Shown piece by piece: positions 40,505 to 52,788 of a stretch of 64,000 nt of DNA. This DNA is from Paraspadella gotoi (taxonomy: Eukaryota; Animalia; Chaetognatha): contig CM119269.1 of the NCBI GenBank assembly GCA_051294375.1, positions 16,763,030 through 16,827,029 of the forward strand, read 5' to 3'. A program made the translations under genes and the position numbers. Each line of letters opens with the position of its first letter. The first letter of the stretch is position 1. The notes beneath the pieces were generated by a model. The model was not told where the DNA came from. It saw only the letters and a program-made list of their open reading frames with translations, and did not search any database.

Positions 40505-41515
40505 TATATATCAATATCATAATCTTAGTAGACTCTGACCCCGAACTTAATGCGCGCGCCGTTCGGGCAAACGGTGATGCTTATAAATGATAGATGATTA
40601 ATTCATATCCAGTGAAAACTGTAAATTAATAGTAACTGACATATGTTTTGTATGTTTTTTTGTTTTGAATAACCAACATTCTAGTTTTAAAGAGAGATAG
40701 ATGGACAGGCAGATTGACTGGTAGATGGACTGACCGACAGGGACAGACGATGAGATGCGTGCAGGAAAGCCTCCGTCGTCAGATCCGGAACGTGAACTTT
40801 TCACTTTACGAAGTCGAAGTGACCTTTGTACTTTTTGTTTATTGCAAGCTTTCGTCCTTCATTTATTCAGAAAAAAAATTTTATGACGGTCCTTTTCTCG
40901 CTCATTACCGGATGGGAAGCTCAACTTTAGATGTCTTATTTCATTTCCCTTTATATTTTAAAACATTTAAAGTTCAGTATTCACGCTGATGTATAACGAA
41001 TAATAAATATGAAAAAGGGTGGGAAAAGTTTTGTTAAATGAAATTGCTTTGCTATCCTTTATTCTTTTTTTTGCAAATATGCAAGTTAATGTAACTTAGT
41101 TACCAATTTTTAAATTAAATTAGGATTAGTTTTGTAAAATTGTAGTATATATTATAATATCATTTTTCCGCGGATTTCCTCAGCTTGACTTGATTTGATT
41201 TTTCGACTTGATTTTTCGATCCACGAGTGGCCATCGAATCCTGTTACGTGTGGCGCGTTCTGACGAATGAGTCGACGTCGCGTCGGCGGCAGAATTTGTC
41301 GAACAACATTCAATTTCTTTTTTTTTTTTTTTTTTTTTTAATTCCGAGCGAAGTCGAGACGAACGCGGGGGGTGGGAGGTGGGTTCGTAGACAGGAGAAA
41401 CATTTATCATCGTTTTTAAAAATCTTGACGTTTCTTTCTCGTAGTGAAAAGAAAAAAAATAAATTTAAGGTACTTTTTGTTTCCGTATATAAATTTTGAA
41501 TGAAAGAAAAGATGC

Positions 41516-41567
<52 letters not shown>

Positions 41568-41568
41568 C

Positions 41569-41601
<33 letters not shown>

Positions 41602-42269
41602 TACACACACACTCACGCCTAAAAAAACTGTTTAAAGAACAACACCAAAATTTTTAATGAAGGCCGCTTGACTCTAAGAAACTTCCGCGAAGGTTATATT
41701 TTCTGTTTTTTTTTTCTTCTCCCCTAAAAATATTTTCCCAAAATTTGTTTTCAAAATGTCGTTTTCTCATCAAAATGTCGACCTTTTATTAATTTTTAGA
41801 TTTTTTTTTCTCGAAAAATATGATTGAAACGAGATTTCGAATTCCGCCTTCCCATCAGAGTGGCCCTCTACCGGTTCCCAGCCAAAACTTCGCCGGATGA
41901 ACTGTCCATTTGTTTTCCTCCCGAAGTTCTTTGCCATATGATCGCGCCTATATTTCCTTCTCGCGTTTTTTTTCCCCTGGGTCAAACGCCTTTCATTTTT
42001 TTGTTGCGGCTATCGGAAGTGGAAAGGTTCTTATGGTCAGTCGCTCCCTTTTAGCCATATTCTCGCCACTTAAAGATAAAAAAAATCTGTGTTATCAAAC
42101 GTGACCTTGGGTAAAAAAGTGAGGGGAACTCGGGGCCTTTTTCTGTTTAAAATTTCATACTTATTATAAATTAGTGATGTAAAAAAATATTTCTCTAAAT
42201 TCATGGCGCAAATTGACCGATTGCGTCAAAACTACATTAATCTCGTTTTTCTCGACTTTTCCCAAAGTC

Positions 42270-43156
42270 GGGCTCCGATTGGCGGGCGTTTCGATTTCTC
42301 GTCTCTGATTGGTTCTCACTGAGACCCAAGGCTTGAAGTCAACGACTCGACCTTTTTCATTCGAAACGACGATCACTTTTAATTTTCGACAATTATTTCC
42401 AAAGTTTATAAAAAAAAAAAATTTCAATAGAGAGAAAAAAAAATTGTCTCAATTAATCTGTCAAAACAATATTGATCATGGCCCAATATGTATTTTTCCC
42501 CCAGCGAATCACCATAGAAGTAAACTTTACTTCTTTTTTTTTTTAATGAACACGTTCTTGTCATTGTCGATCGTTAACTTTTGAGAACCGAGACGAACGT
42601 TTGTCCAAAAAAAAAGAAAGGGAAAACATCCTGAACTTCATTTTTTTCCCCTCGACTCGTTTTGTCCGATTATGGGCGATTTTATTTTTAACGATCTCTC
42701 TTTTTTTTCGTTTGGCGGCAGATTTAATGTCTTTGTTTTTATTCGTAGGATTTTCTTCTTTTTTTTAATTTTAATTTTTTATCGAGGAAGATTTTGAAGC
42801 TCGGTTCTGTCTCGCCCTCGTACGACTCGACTCGAAACCATTGTTTGTTTTTTTTTGTTTTTTTTTTTATCGATGAAAAAAAAAATATTTCTCTGGTTTT
42901 TCGGACTGAAATCGATCATCAAAAGTCATTTGTAACGAATTGTGTCCGAATGTCATTCAATGATTTATCAAAAGTCGTTTGGTACGAAGATAAAAAACGA
43001 AATCTGAAATAAAGTCGTAATATGAAATATTCATGAGATTAATTATTAATCTGATAAAACTTAGGTTCAATCTTGTTTTTTTCTATCCTTTATACTACTC
43101 TATAGATACTTTTTACTCTCACTCATCTCTTAATCTTCCCCCACTCCCTCTTCTCT

Positions 43157-43246
<90 letters not shown>

Positions 43247-43410
43247 CGACTTCCGGTATTTCTCTTTGTTTTAATACCCTTCCTTAATTGATTTAAGAGC
43301 GTTCGTTCGATTTACGAAGTGATTTGACAACATTCAATCTTCCTATCGTCGTTTTTTCAACCAATCAGCGTTCGTCGTCGTAGCCGGCGACATTCCAGCC
43401 AATAGCGAAG
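42270..43410 (+). promoter_or_regulatory. CCAAT-box cluster upstream of the Cys-rich/lectin gene
   Basis: CCGATTGG (~42277), CTGATTGG (~42306), CCAATCAG (~43362) and CCAATAG (~43399). Function is inferred only. Confidence 0.25.
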
Positions 43411-44038
43411 CGATCTCGTTGTTTGTTCAACTTTTTTTTTTATCCCTTCACCCTTTGCTTTCGACGCTTTCAGCCCCTGCGTTCCCGCCACAGGGTAGCC
43501 AATCTAAAATATATTTATGAGTTAAATAATTACCATCTAACAGTATGTAAACATTTTGTGATAAAATCTACCGATGTATACCAGTCTAACCAACTTTTCA
43601 TCGCAGAAAAATTCCCAGAGTATTTATCTTTCTAGAGTTCTATAAATTCCCCTCCCACTCCGCTCACCACTCCACCCTCTTTCACACCCTCTGACATCCC
43701 CCGTAATCAATTTCTTTCAGCGACAGATTCACGAGGCCTCCGTCCGCCGAGAGACGGAATCCGGAAAAAAAAAAATTCCGGCTACTCGGCCTCCAGTCGT
43801 CACCCGCTTTTTTTACCGGCGCCGATTTTTGAGCGTCAAACTGGGGGCGACATCGTTTGCGCCGTGAGCGTCGTTTTCATATTCGCCTATAATTATAATA
43901 CAGCTTAACAATTTTTAAAAAACAGTTTTTAAAAAAAGGGTCCGTTAAAATTTAAAGACGAGTACAAACTCAAAGCTTCGATTTTCACTCCTCCCCCTTT
44001 TTTTTCTTAACAAATTCTTTTTTCTTCTTGGGATAAAA

Positions 44039-45743
44039 ATGGAATTTTTGCGACCAGCGTCGTTGGTGATTCTTGTCATGGTGGTTTTCTCTTTTTCGTC
44101 GTCGTCGTCGTCGTCGTCGTCGTCCTTCTCAATATACGGCGACAACCTTGACCGCGAGGTTGACGGCCTCGCGTTTCTCAGTAACCATGGAGACGAGAAA
44201 AATAAACAAAACGACGAAAAAAGTCGCAATGAAAACAAAAGCCTTCCCGACTCGGAGGCGATTTATTTCGTGGCTGTGGACGGAGACGCCGATGACGCCG
44301 ATGACGTTCTCAACGCCGCTCGACGCCGTCGCTCGACGTCCTCTTCATCTGCATCCGTCGCCGGAATCAGCGGCGCCGCCACCTCGAAAAGAAGTCGCAG
44401 TTGGCGTCGCTTCCTTCGACGCCGCGTCAAAGACGAACGATCGACGAACGTCATCGACGCCGACGACGCAGCCGACGCTGTAGCCGACGCGGCCGACAAC
44501 GCCATCGAAGAAGAACCGGCGTCGAATCGCGCCGATATCGACGCCGACGACGTCGCCGCCAACGCCACCGTCGACTGCGGCGTCGTCTGCCCCGAACAAA
44601 ACTCACTCAAGATTCCCGATTGCGGAGAAACGAGAGTCGAACCCGACTTTCACAGATCCTGCGGCTGCATCACGCGATATCACTGCTGCCCTCACATCTG
44701 CCCGCCGGCCGACGAGTCTAAATGCAGGAAAGGTGAGCGACGAACAAATGAACAAAGGGCGGATTTAGAGAGAATCGTAAGGCGGGGTCGTTGAATTGTT
44801 AAACTTGAGAAATAAATAAAATTAAAACTGGGCTCGCTGGCAGAAATTTTATCGCAATCTTTTTTTTTTTTTTTCCTCAACCGAAAATTAATTACTTTTT
44901 AAACAAACGTTTGAAAAAAGTCAAACGTTGGTTGATTTCATCGCCGTCATAATCGTAAACTTTGCGCCTTCTGTTCAGACCCGCCCATTCCACTAAAGTC
45001 AGGGTCATCTCGCCCTCAGACATTCTCTACCTTTTTCCTCTTTAAATCTTTCGCATCCTTCGACATTTAACAATGACGTCTCAAAACTTTACCCCCTCTT
45101 GCTCGTTCCCATGATCCGTTCAAAGTTTTCAAACTTTATGTCGGGAAGACGTCATAATTTCAAATTTCAGTTTTGTCCCACAAAATGTCAGTATTTTTTT
45201 TCCCCCCTTCTATGGAATTTTTCGTTCTTCCATTGACGCGTTCTGCTTTCTTTCCATCTTTCGCGCAAGAAGACTTCATTCGGAAGCTCAGCCTTTTAAG
45301 CCCGACTTTTTTTTCTTTCTTTCATTCTTTATTCTCTCTTTTAGATTTCCCCCCCCCCGTCTCTATCGCTATCTTAGTTTCCCCTTCTCCCTTGTGTTCA
45401 GCCCCCTTCTTTTTGCCATAAATCTTCCCTCCTCCTCTTTCCTTTCTTCCGACTTTAAAAAGAAAAACTGGCAGATTTTAAGAGGACTCTTCAACTCTGC
45501 GATTTTGTTTAACGTTTTGTATGGAGTGTTTGGGTGAAATGTTCGCTTTATTGGGTGAAATCCTGTAGCAAAGATGTATCGAGAGATTGTTGAAAAATGT
45601 ACCGTTACAGAAATTATTGAATTATTAAGGCAGTATTACAAAAGCATACATTCTGAGCCTCGGACAATTATTTCGTTTCTAAAGCTTTATCTCCATCATA
45701 AACATAAAAGCGTTTTAAATTTGCAAAAAAGAAAGAAAGAAAT

Positions 45744-45837
<94 letters not shown>

Positions 45838-48800
45838 AGTTATGTGATCCACATAAAACTATCTACCGTTTCCCAGCGAAGATGGCTTTCCTGTGCAATG
45901 ACCTAAATAACACTTTCTGGTCAATGTTTATGACTTAAAGGTTTACCTCACCTCCATTATCCTTCCATCCTATTACTCAACACTTTATTTCGTGGTTATT
46001 TTTTAGTACCATAAAAAGCGTTTGTTGATACGTAGGGTTCTTGCGAAAAAAACAACGTTGAATATTATTTACGTTTCACCGTAAGAGCCGCGTTTAAGAA
46101 CCATTAAAAACAAAACATTCGTTTGCTATTTTNNNNNNNNNNTAAAGGACTGCTGTTCCTGCGTCAACATCCGTTGCGACGCGTGTCCCGAGGCGGCCAC
46201 GCCCACTTGTAACCCCGGATGCGAGACGATAGAGATGGAAGAGGATAAGAGCACCGGATGTAATTACCCAGTGTGCAGGAAGGTAAAGGTCAAATGCATC
46301 TATTTCCTAATTGGCTCGTCGTCGCTATTAGTCACAGTTTAAGCTTTGGCTAATTGTTAATTTTAACTGTATGAAATTTTACTCTTGTAGAGAAAATTTA
46401 ATTTTTAAAATGTAATTTTTGGCTCTTCCTTAATAATTTAGTACTATACACAGAAAAAATCCAGCTTTCCTTTCTGACGGACTTTAGTGAGATAATCATG
46501 AAATATGGTGGATTAAAATCCACCAACCGTTCACCGCTGTTCCGTTCAGGTTTGCCCCAACCACTCCGGTCCGCGATCTTGTCCCGAGTGCTTCATGGCG
46601 ACGTCTGTGAGTAACTCTTCTCTCTGTGGATGTCAGACGACGGACTGCGTCAGGGGGGCGTGTCCGCCAGTGACGCCGCTAGAGCCGAGGTGAGAGAAAG
46701 AGAGAGAGAGTGAGAGAGAGAGAGAGCGAATTATGATGAAGCTCACGCAATCTTTAAAATTCAAAGGCGTACGTACATTTACCTCAGAAATCTAAATTTA
46801 AAATTGTTGAAACGAAAAATAAAAACAAAATTAAAATCAATAAAAAGATTTTTCTTCAAAATCGATTTTCTTTTAAGAATCTTTTTTTTTATGAACGTAC
46901 GCGAAAATTTTACTTGTTGAGCCGTGTATTTATGACATGAATTGAATCAAAATTCCGTCTTTTATTCCGAATAATTTTCCTGAAGGCGGCGCTTGCAGTC
47001 CCTTAGATTTTAGATTTTTTTCTGTCTTAACAAATGAGTAACCAACTATAGGCAAATTATATGTATTTTTAACGTAAGTGGGACAGACCGACGGACAGAC
47101 ATACCGATCGACGGACCGACAGACCGACCGAAAAGTGACTTTTAGAGTTGCTCCGCGAGTATTCGCGGCGCAACTAAAAACTTGTGAATTTGGCGTGAAC
47201 GCGATTGTGAAATCTTTAGAGACTTCACTTCCAGATTTCTTTTCCCCTTCGCTGAAAAGCGAAAAAAGAAAAAAAAAGGGAATGAAAGGAAGTGGAAATA
47301 TGCGAAAGCCGGAAAAATTGTAAATGACAAAGGAAGGGAATCAAGATAAAATATAAAAATATAATAAAAAATGAAATAGCCTGTCTAAAGTATGCCTATT
47401 TAGATATATATTTAGATGTTTTAAAAATGTAGCAAAAAATGAGTAAAAATAAAGATTGGCACTATGTAAATCCCTGCAACCTTAAAAACTCTTTCTCTCG
47501 CGACAGAGAATGCGTGGCAATCAAGACGATCACCAACTCTTGCGGCTGCCAAGTGCAATCCTACGACGCGGATGGATTTTGCCGGAAACGAAACAGCGAG
47601 GCGGCCGCCTTTAGATGCGAGGATCCTTGCTTCAAGGCGGTCGTGCTCAAAGGTGGCGATAATCTCAATGTTATAACTAATAACTATCAGTTAAATAATT
47701 TTTTTTTAAACACTGATATATTTTCTATGACCAACAGTTCGCAGATACGGACATTTGTTAGATGGTTATTATTTTGTTTGTTGGGTGTTTGTTTAGGACG
47801 TTGGTTTACTGATGGAAAGATGTTAGTTAGTTAGATTTTTTCACATCTAGTATATATTCCGTTTGTTCTTTTTTACGTTTCTCTCGTCATCCGAATCATT
47901 CATTCCCCGCCAAGGTCAGGGTCGCTGCGGTTGCGACAAGGCCGAGTGCGAGCGGATCGACGATCGATGCCGCGAAACCTTCGACGCGACCGTCGGGTGC
48001 CCGGTCGGCACGCGGCGTCGGACGGGCACCACTCCCTGCGGCGTCCGGCGCGACGTCTGCCTTCACTGCGACGCCATCGACGATGCAGCCTTCGACGACG
48101 TCGCCTGCAACCGGAAATGCCACGAGGTCGTCAACGCCTCCGACGCGGATGGATGCCCAACGAGGATGTGCAGGAAGAAGACGTGCGAGAAGGTGAGGAA
48201 GAAGAGGGGGAGAGGAAAAGGAGGAGGAGGAGGAGGAGGAGGAGTAAAATTTAAAAATTTTTGTTTCTTGTTTTTGTTTTTTTTGTTTTTTGTTCAAGTC
48301 TCGATAATGAAACTTTCTGTTCGACGGAGGAAAGCGAAGCCAAATATTGAGTTTCTCCCTGAATCTTAATCTTTTTTCAAATTTGCATCCGGGAAAAGAT
48401 TTCGTTAGGATTTGTTTTTCGTTTTGTTTGTTTTGATACTTTTAGTCGTAAGTTGTTATGTCAATTTGGCCGTTATCAAATCATTTTTTAGCCCTTTAGC
48501 TTTCTTCAGAATTTTTTTTCTTTTCTATGCGACCCTTGCTTTCTTTTTCTCTCTCTCTCTCTCGTTTCCTTCGTTGCTACTTTGGAAAAGAAATGAGTTA
48601 TATTTGTTTTGAAAACTTTATTAAAAGAATTTCGTTATTATATACGTTAATTATTTAAAGATAATTAGACATTGTGGTATAATCCTTTCTTTTCGTTGTG
48701 TAAGGTAATTATTAGAAAAGTTTGAAATGAATTTTCAACAACGATTTTATTTTTAATAAAAACGGACATGTTTCGGCTTAACTACAAGCCTTCATCAGCA

Positions 48801-50298
48801 TTAAAAAGTTAGTGAATTTGAAACAAATTATGTGCATAAAGAAAGAGTGAGAGAGAGAGAGAGAGAGAGAGGGCAAAGTTTCCAACACAGAGTTGAGAAG
48901 GATAGTGGTCAATTGTGAGGACAGATTAAGGTGAAACAAATAGAGCCAGTTTGTGAAAAGAAATTGAAATGGTGAGAGAGAGAGAGAGAAGGAGAGAGAG
49001 AGTGAGAGAACTTGAAAAATAATACATTGTGCAATGTACAACAAAGATAAATATTGTTTAAAACTTAATGATCAGTGTTAACAATTAACTACTGTGAATA
49101 AATAAGTTAGTGAAGATGAAATTGTGAAATTTGAAATGTGAGGAAATAGAGGTGAGGGATAGTTAAGCAATTATTATTATAGTGAAGTATAAGAGTTAAG
49201 ATAGAGCTCAAAGTGAGCAGGGCGGGCAACCAAGCCTGTACAGCAGCATACGTGGGCGAGACAGGCAAATCTCTGACGGATCGATTTCAGCAGCACACGA
49301 AACCATATCGTGATGCCGCGGTCATTACTTGTCCGCTGTAGCCGAGCATACGGTAAATACTGGCCATGTATTTAGAGAAACAGACTGTCTCGTGCTGTCC
49401 CATGACCCGAACTGGTTCTCAAGAGGTATTAGAGAGGCAATATAACATCAAAGCCCTCGAGCCCTCTTTGAATCGTGATGGAGGACGATTCGACCTCCCT
49501 CCAAGCTATGATTCGCTTATCAAAAGCGTGGTGGAGGCCCCGTCTCCACCACGTCCGCACAATGACTCCCCTGTCTCCACTCAACGAGACAGGCGGAGAC
49601 CCTTGCGCAGGCAATGGGCAGACGATGCCTCTCCTTTACCTGTAGCAACTCATCCCTTTCTCTGTGGAGTGAGCGCCGCCCAAAGCGACGGCTGCAGGAG
49701 GAAGGAGAGTCCACCACTCCTGTCGCAAAAGCGGCAAGAATGGAAAGCCGCCCACCTGTCAGCAGGCGAGAAGAGGGCAGTCGGCAGGCGTACCAGGCCA
49801 GAGAGACATCAGAGTAGCCTTGGGTATCTTCCCGCAAGGAAGCCTCCTAACGCCGCACACATAGGCTCAACGATTTTGTCCTCACAGCCACTGACACGTC
49901 AATGACCCGACCACATCGATCAGGCCTTTCATTTGCACAAGCCAAGGGGGGCCAGCTCACTTTGAGCTCTATCTTAACTCTTATACTTCACTATAAATAA
50001 TTGCTTAACTATCCCTCACCTCTATTTCCTTCACATTTCAAATTTCACAATTTCATCTTCACTAACTTATTTATTCACAGTAGTTAATTGTTAACACTGA
50101 TCATTAAGTTTTAACAAATATTTATCTTTGTTGTACATTGCACAATGTATTATTTTTTTCAAGTTCTCTCACTCTCTCTCTCCTTCTCTCTCTCTCTCTA
50201 CCATTTCAATTTCTTTTCACAAACTGGCTCTATTTGTTTCACCTTAATCTGTCCTCACAATTGACCACTATCCTCTCAACTCTGTGTTGGAAACTTTG

Positions 50299-50334
<36 letters not shown>

Positions 50335-51109
50335 TTCTTTATGCACATAATTTGTTTCAAATTCACTAACTTTTTAATGCTGATGAAGGCTTGTAGTTAA
50401 GCCGAAACATGTCCGTTTTTTATTAAAAATAAAATCGTTGTTGAAAATTCATTTCAAACTTTTCTAAGATAATTAGAAAATAATAAAAATTGGATTTTCG
50501 TCTTATTAGTACGTATTTTCTCGAATTCCTGTGAAAGAAAAACGTCAGGGGATCATCTATTCATCTCTATTTTGTATCAACCACAGGTGCTTCGATTAAA
50601 AGACTGCGGTCCGTGTCAATTGCTCGACACTTCCATCGACTTTTGCGGCTGCGTCGTCGCCAAGTGCGTCGTCAAGTGTCCCAAGATGACGCCGAAAAAG
50701 TGCAAGGCCGGGTTTCTCATGGGCGTCGATTCGTGCGGCTGCCCCTCGGGGACATGCGTGCCGGGTATGGTCGTGATGAGGTCGATGAGGTTAGGACTGA
50801 ATATAGACCGTGAGATGGGCATTGCATATACTTTTATAGTCTGATTTTTTTTAAATATTTTTTTCTTATATAGTACGTATTTTATTCTTAGGTAAATCGT
50901 TAGCCTCGGCGATGTGTTCCAACAAAGGCCTCTCAAAGTGTAAACCCCTCAAACGCTTCGCCGACTGTGGACCTTGCGAGGTCAGTTTTTCTATTGATTG
51001 CTTGATTGATTGATTGATTGATTGATTGATTAATTTATTGATTGCATCAAAGATATGGAATCGGAATCAGATCGGAATCAAATCGGAATCGAATCTCTAC
51101 TTACTTAAA

Positions 51110-51162
<53 letters not shown>

Positions 51163-52312
51163 TCCCCCCCCCAGATCCTCGACACGACCGACGACGGCCG
51201 GGGATGCCCCGTCGCCAAATGCGTCAAGAAATGCAAGAGAGTCGATGTTAAGAATTGCAATCAGGGATTCCGTATGAAGACGGACGGATGCGGATGTTCG
51301 ACGGGCGTCTGCGTTCCAGGTTTAGTTGCGTCGTCGATTTGATTGCCGGTTCATAAGTCTGTATGGCAGATAAATGGCCGTCTAGTGTTTTATTCGATCG
51401 TCCGTACTGTACGGTCCGTCCGTCTTCCCAACCGTCTGTCTGTTTGCGGGGAGACGATAAGGTCGATTCGATACTCTCGCTAATAATTTTAAAACCAATC
51501 ATTGTTGAATTATTTTACCTTTCGTATGTTCCCCACGCAACCCCAACTCTTCAGGCAAACCTCTGGACCAGCTGTTCCGCAGCGCCATCAAACACAGCGT
51601 CTACCGCGAGACGAGCGAGAGTTGGTATCTCATCGTCAAGATCACTCAGTCCTTTTATCTGGCGCAGAGTTTCTGTCGAGCTCTTCCCTTGGCCGATCTG
51701 GCCAGCGTCGAATCACCCGAAGAATTTAATTACCTTCAGGTGGTGGTCGTCGTTATTTTGGGTCATTTCATCATCATCGTCATCATCGTCATCATCATCA
51801 TCGTCATCGTCATCATCAACATCATCATCATCGTCATCGTCATCATCATCATCATCATCAAATTCAATCACATTAACAACATCTGCATTTTTATCATCAT
51901 TAAAAACAGTATCTCCATTATCATCAGTAAAATAATCATTCCCATCTTCAGCATCAACATCTCCTAACAACAATAACAATATTATCATCGTCATTCTTGT
52001 TGTAATTCAAAACTCATCTTCTTCATCATCATCATCAATATCATCATCATTCTCATCATCGCCCCCCCCTACTTCCAGAAAGAGCTCAAATCGATCTCGA
52101 ACACCTACTACTGGATCGGAGGTCACCGCGTCCCGCGCCTGGGCTGGATCTGGTCCTCCACCGGCCAGCCCGTCACCTGGTTCAAGTGGCATCCATCCAA
52201 CGCGGCCCGTCGGGTGGACCACGCCATGGCCTGGCATCCGTCCAATCAGGGGTGGACGGACATGCGCAAAGCCAGCGACTACTTTTTCGTCTGCGAATCG
52301 TTGAAGAAGTGA
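44039..52312 (+). CDS. Secreted protein: signal peptide, acidic/polybasic pro-region, tandem Cys-rich (antistasin/VWC-like CGC) repeats, C-terminal C-type lectin-like domain. Exons 44039-44732, <46143-46282, 46550-46689, 47507-47652, 47915-48192, 50587-50764, 50892-50980, 51175-51319, 51555-51739, 52079-52312
   Basis: MEFLRPASLVILVMVVFSF signal. Repeated C..C...(D/S)xCGC....C units. CTLD motifs SFYLAQSFC, LASVESPEEFNYL, YWIGG, WIWSSTG, WTD and FFVCE. All visible phases are consistent; the exon-2 acceptor lies in an N gap. Confidence 0.88.
46133..46142. other. Assembly gap (10 N) hiding the start of an exon
   Basis: N run directly before KDCCSCVNIRC. Confidence 1.
46928..47180 (-). mobile_element. 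Partial second copy of the HINE-like element
   Basis: Homologous to about 36905-37158, including GTGGGACAGACC, GAC(A/C/G) repeats and GTTGCTCCGCGAGTATTCGCGGCGCAACTAAAAA. Confidence 0.75.
48761..48802 (-). ncRNA. Minimal type-I hammerhead ribozyme motif
   Basis: Reverse complement reads AATG-CTGATGA-A-GGCTT-GTAGTT-AAGCC-GAAA-CATGTC-CGTT. Confidence 0.88.
50376..50417 (+). ncRNA. Minimal type-I hammerhead ribozyme motif
   Basis: Stem I AATG/CGTT, CTGATGA 50380-86, stem II GGCTT/AAGCC, GAAA 50404-07, CATG palindrome, predicted cleavage after C50413. Confidence 0.88.
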
Positions 52313-52740
52313 AAGGGGGTGATGGTAGGGTGGGGGGAATTAGGGCGGTTGGTAAGGTGAGGTGGTAGCTGGGAAAAGGGGGTTTCGACGCCAAGGCTGT
52401 GGCTTTAGTCAGGAGTGGGTTTTGCCAGTAGAGGAAAAGTGGTGGAGTTCTTTTTTTTTCCCCGTTTTTTTTTGTGATATATAATGACACATTTTTTGCG
52501 TCTGTGTCGCTGCTCTCAGCCTTTTGTGTTTTTGTTTTTTTTTTACCCGATGCTCTTTTGTTCGGGTCGGCGTCGGCGGCGATAATTCGTAACAAATCGC
52601 CAGAGTTTGTGACTCATTGTGACTGCAATAATTTTGTGCAAAGCGCATTGTGCAAGCTTGCAAAGCGGCGTTTGAGGCAAGTCGGGATCTTAATCGGGAT
52701 TTAAGGGGAATGGGGAGATGAGTAGATAAGAGGAAGAGGA

Positions 52741-52788
<48 letters not shown>

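Larger units (their letters stand above)
48670..50465. mobile_element. Penelope-like element in an intron: tailed pLTR on minus (48670-49218), then GIY-YIG 3' ORF fragment and pLTR on plus (49219-50465); 12-bp TSD
   Basis: TSD AAGATAATTAGA at 48658-69 and 50466-77. About 510-bp near-identical inverted repeats (~48712-49218 and 49955-50467). Translation AAYVGETGKSLTDRFQQH...SAVAEHTVNTGH...WFSRGIREAI / IKALEPSLNRDGG with frameshifts. Confidence 0.95.

Noticed and set aside
39209-40830. Small spliced gene (MAMLTAAADAAAAHMGCC..., KAVVDNGDDADDDFDG...)
   Set aside because: Exon-like blocks exist, but I could not chain phases without stops, so it is left uncalled.
48712-50467. DNA transposon with 510-bp TIRs
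   Set aside because: The interior encodes a GIY-YIG fragment, the arms carry hammerheads, and one arm has an extra tail. This is Penelope-type, not a transposase element.
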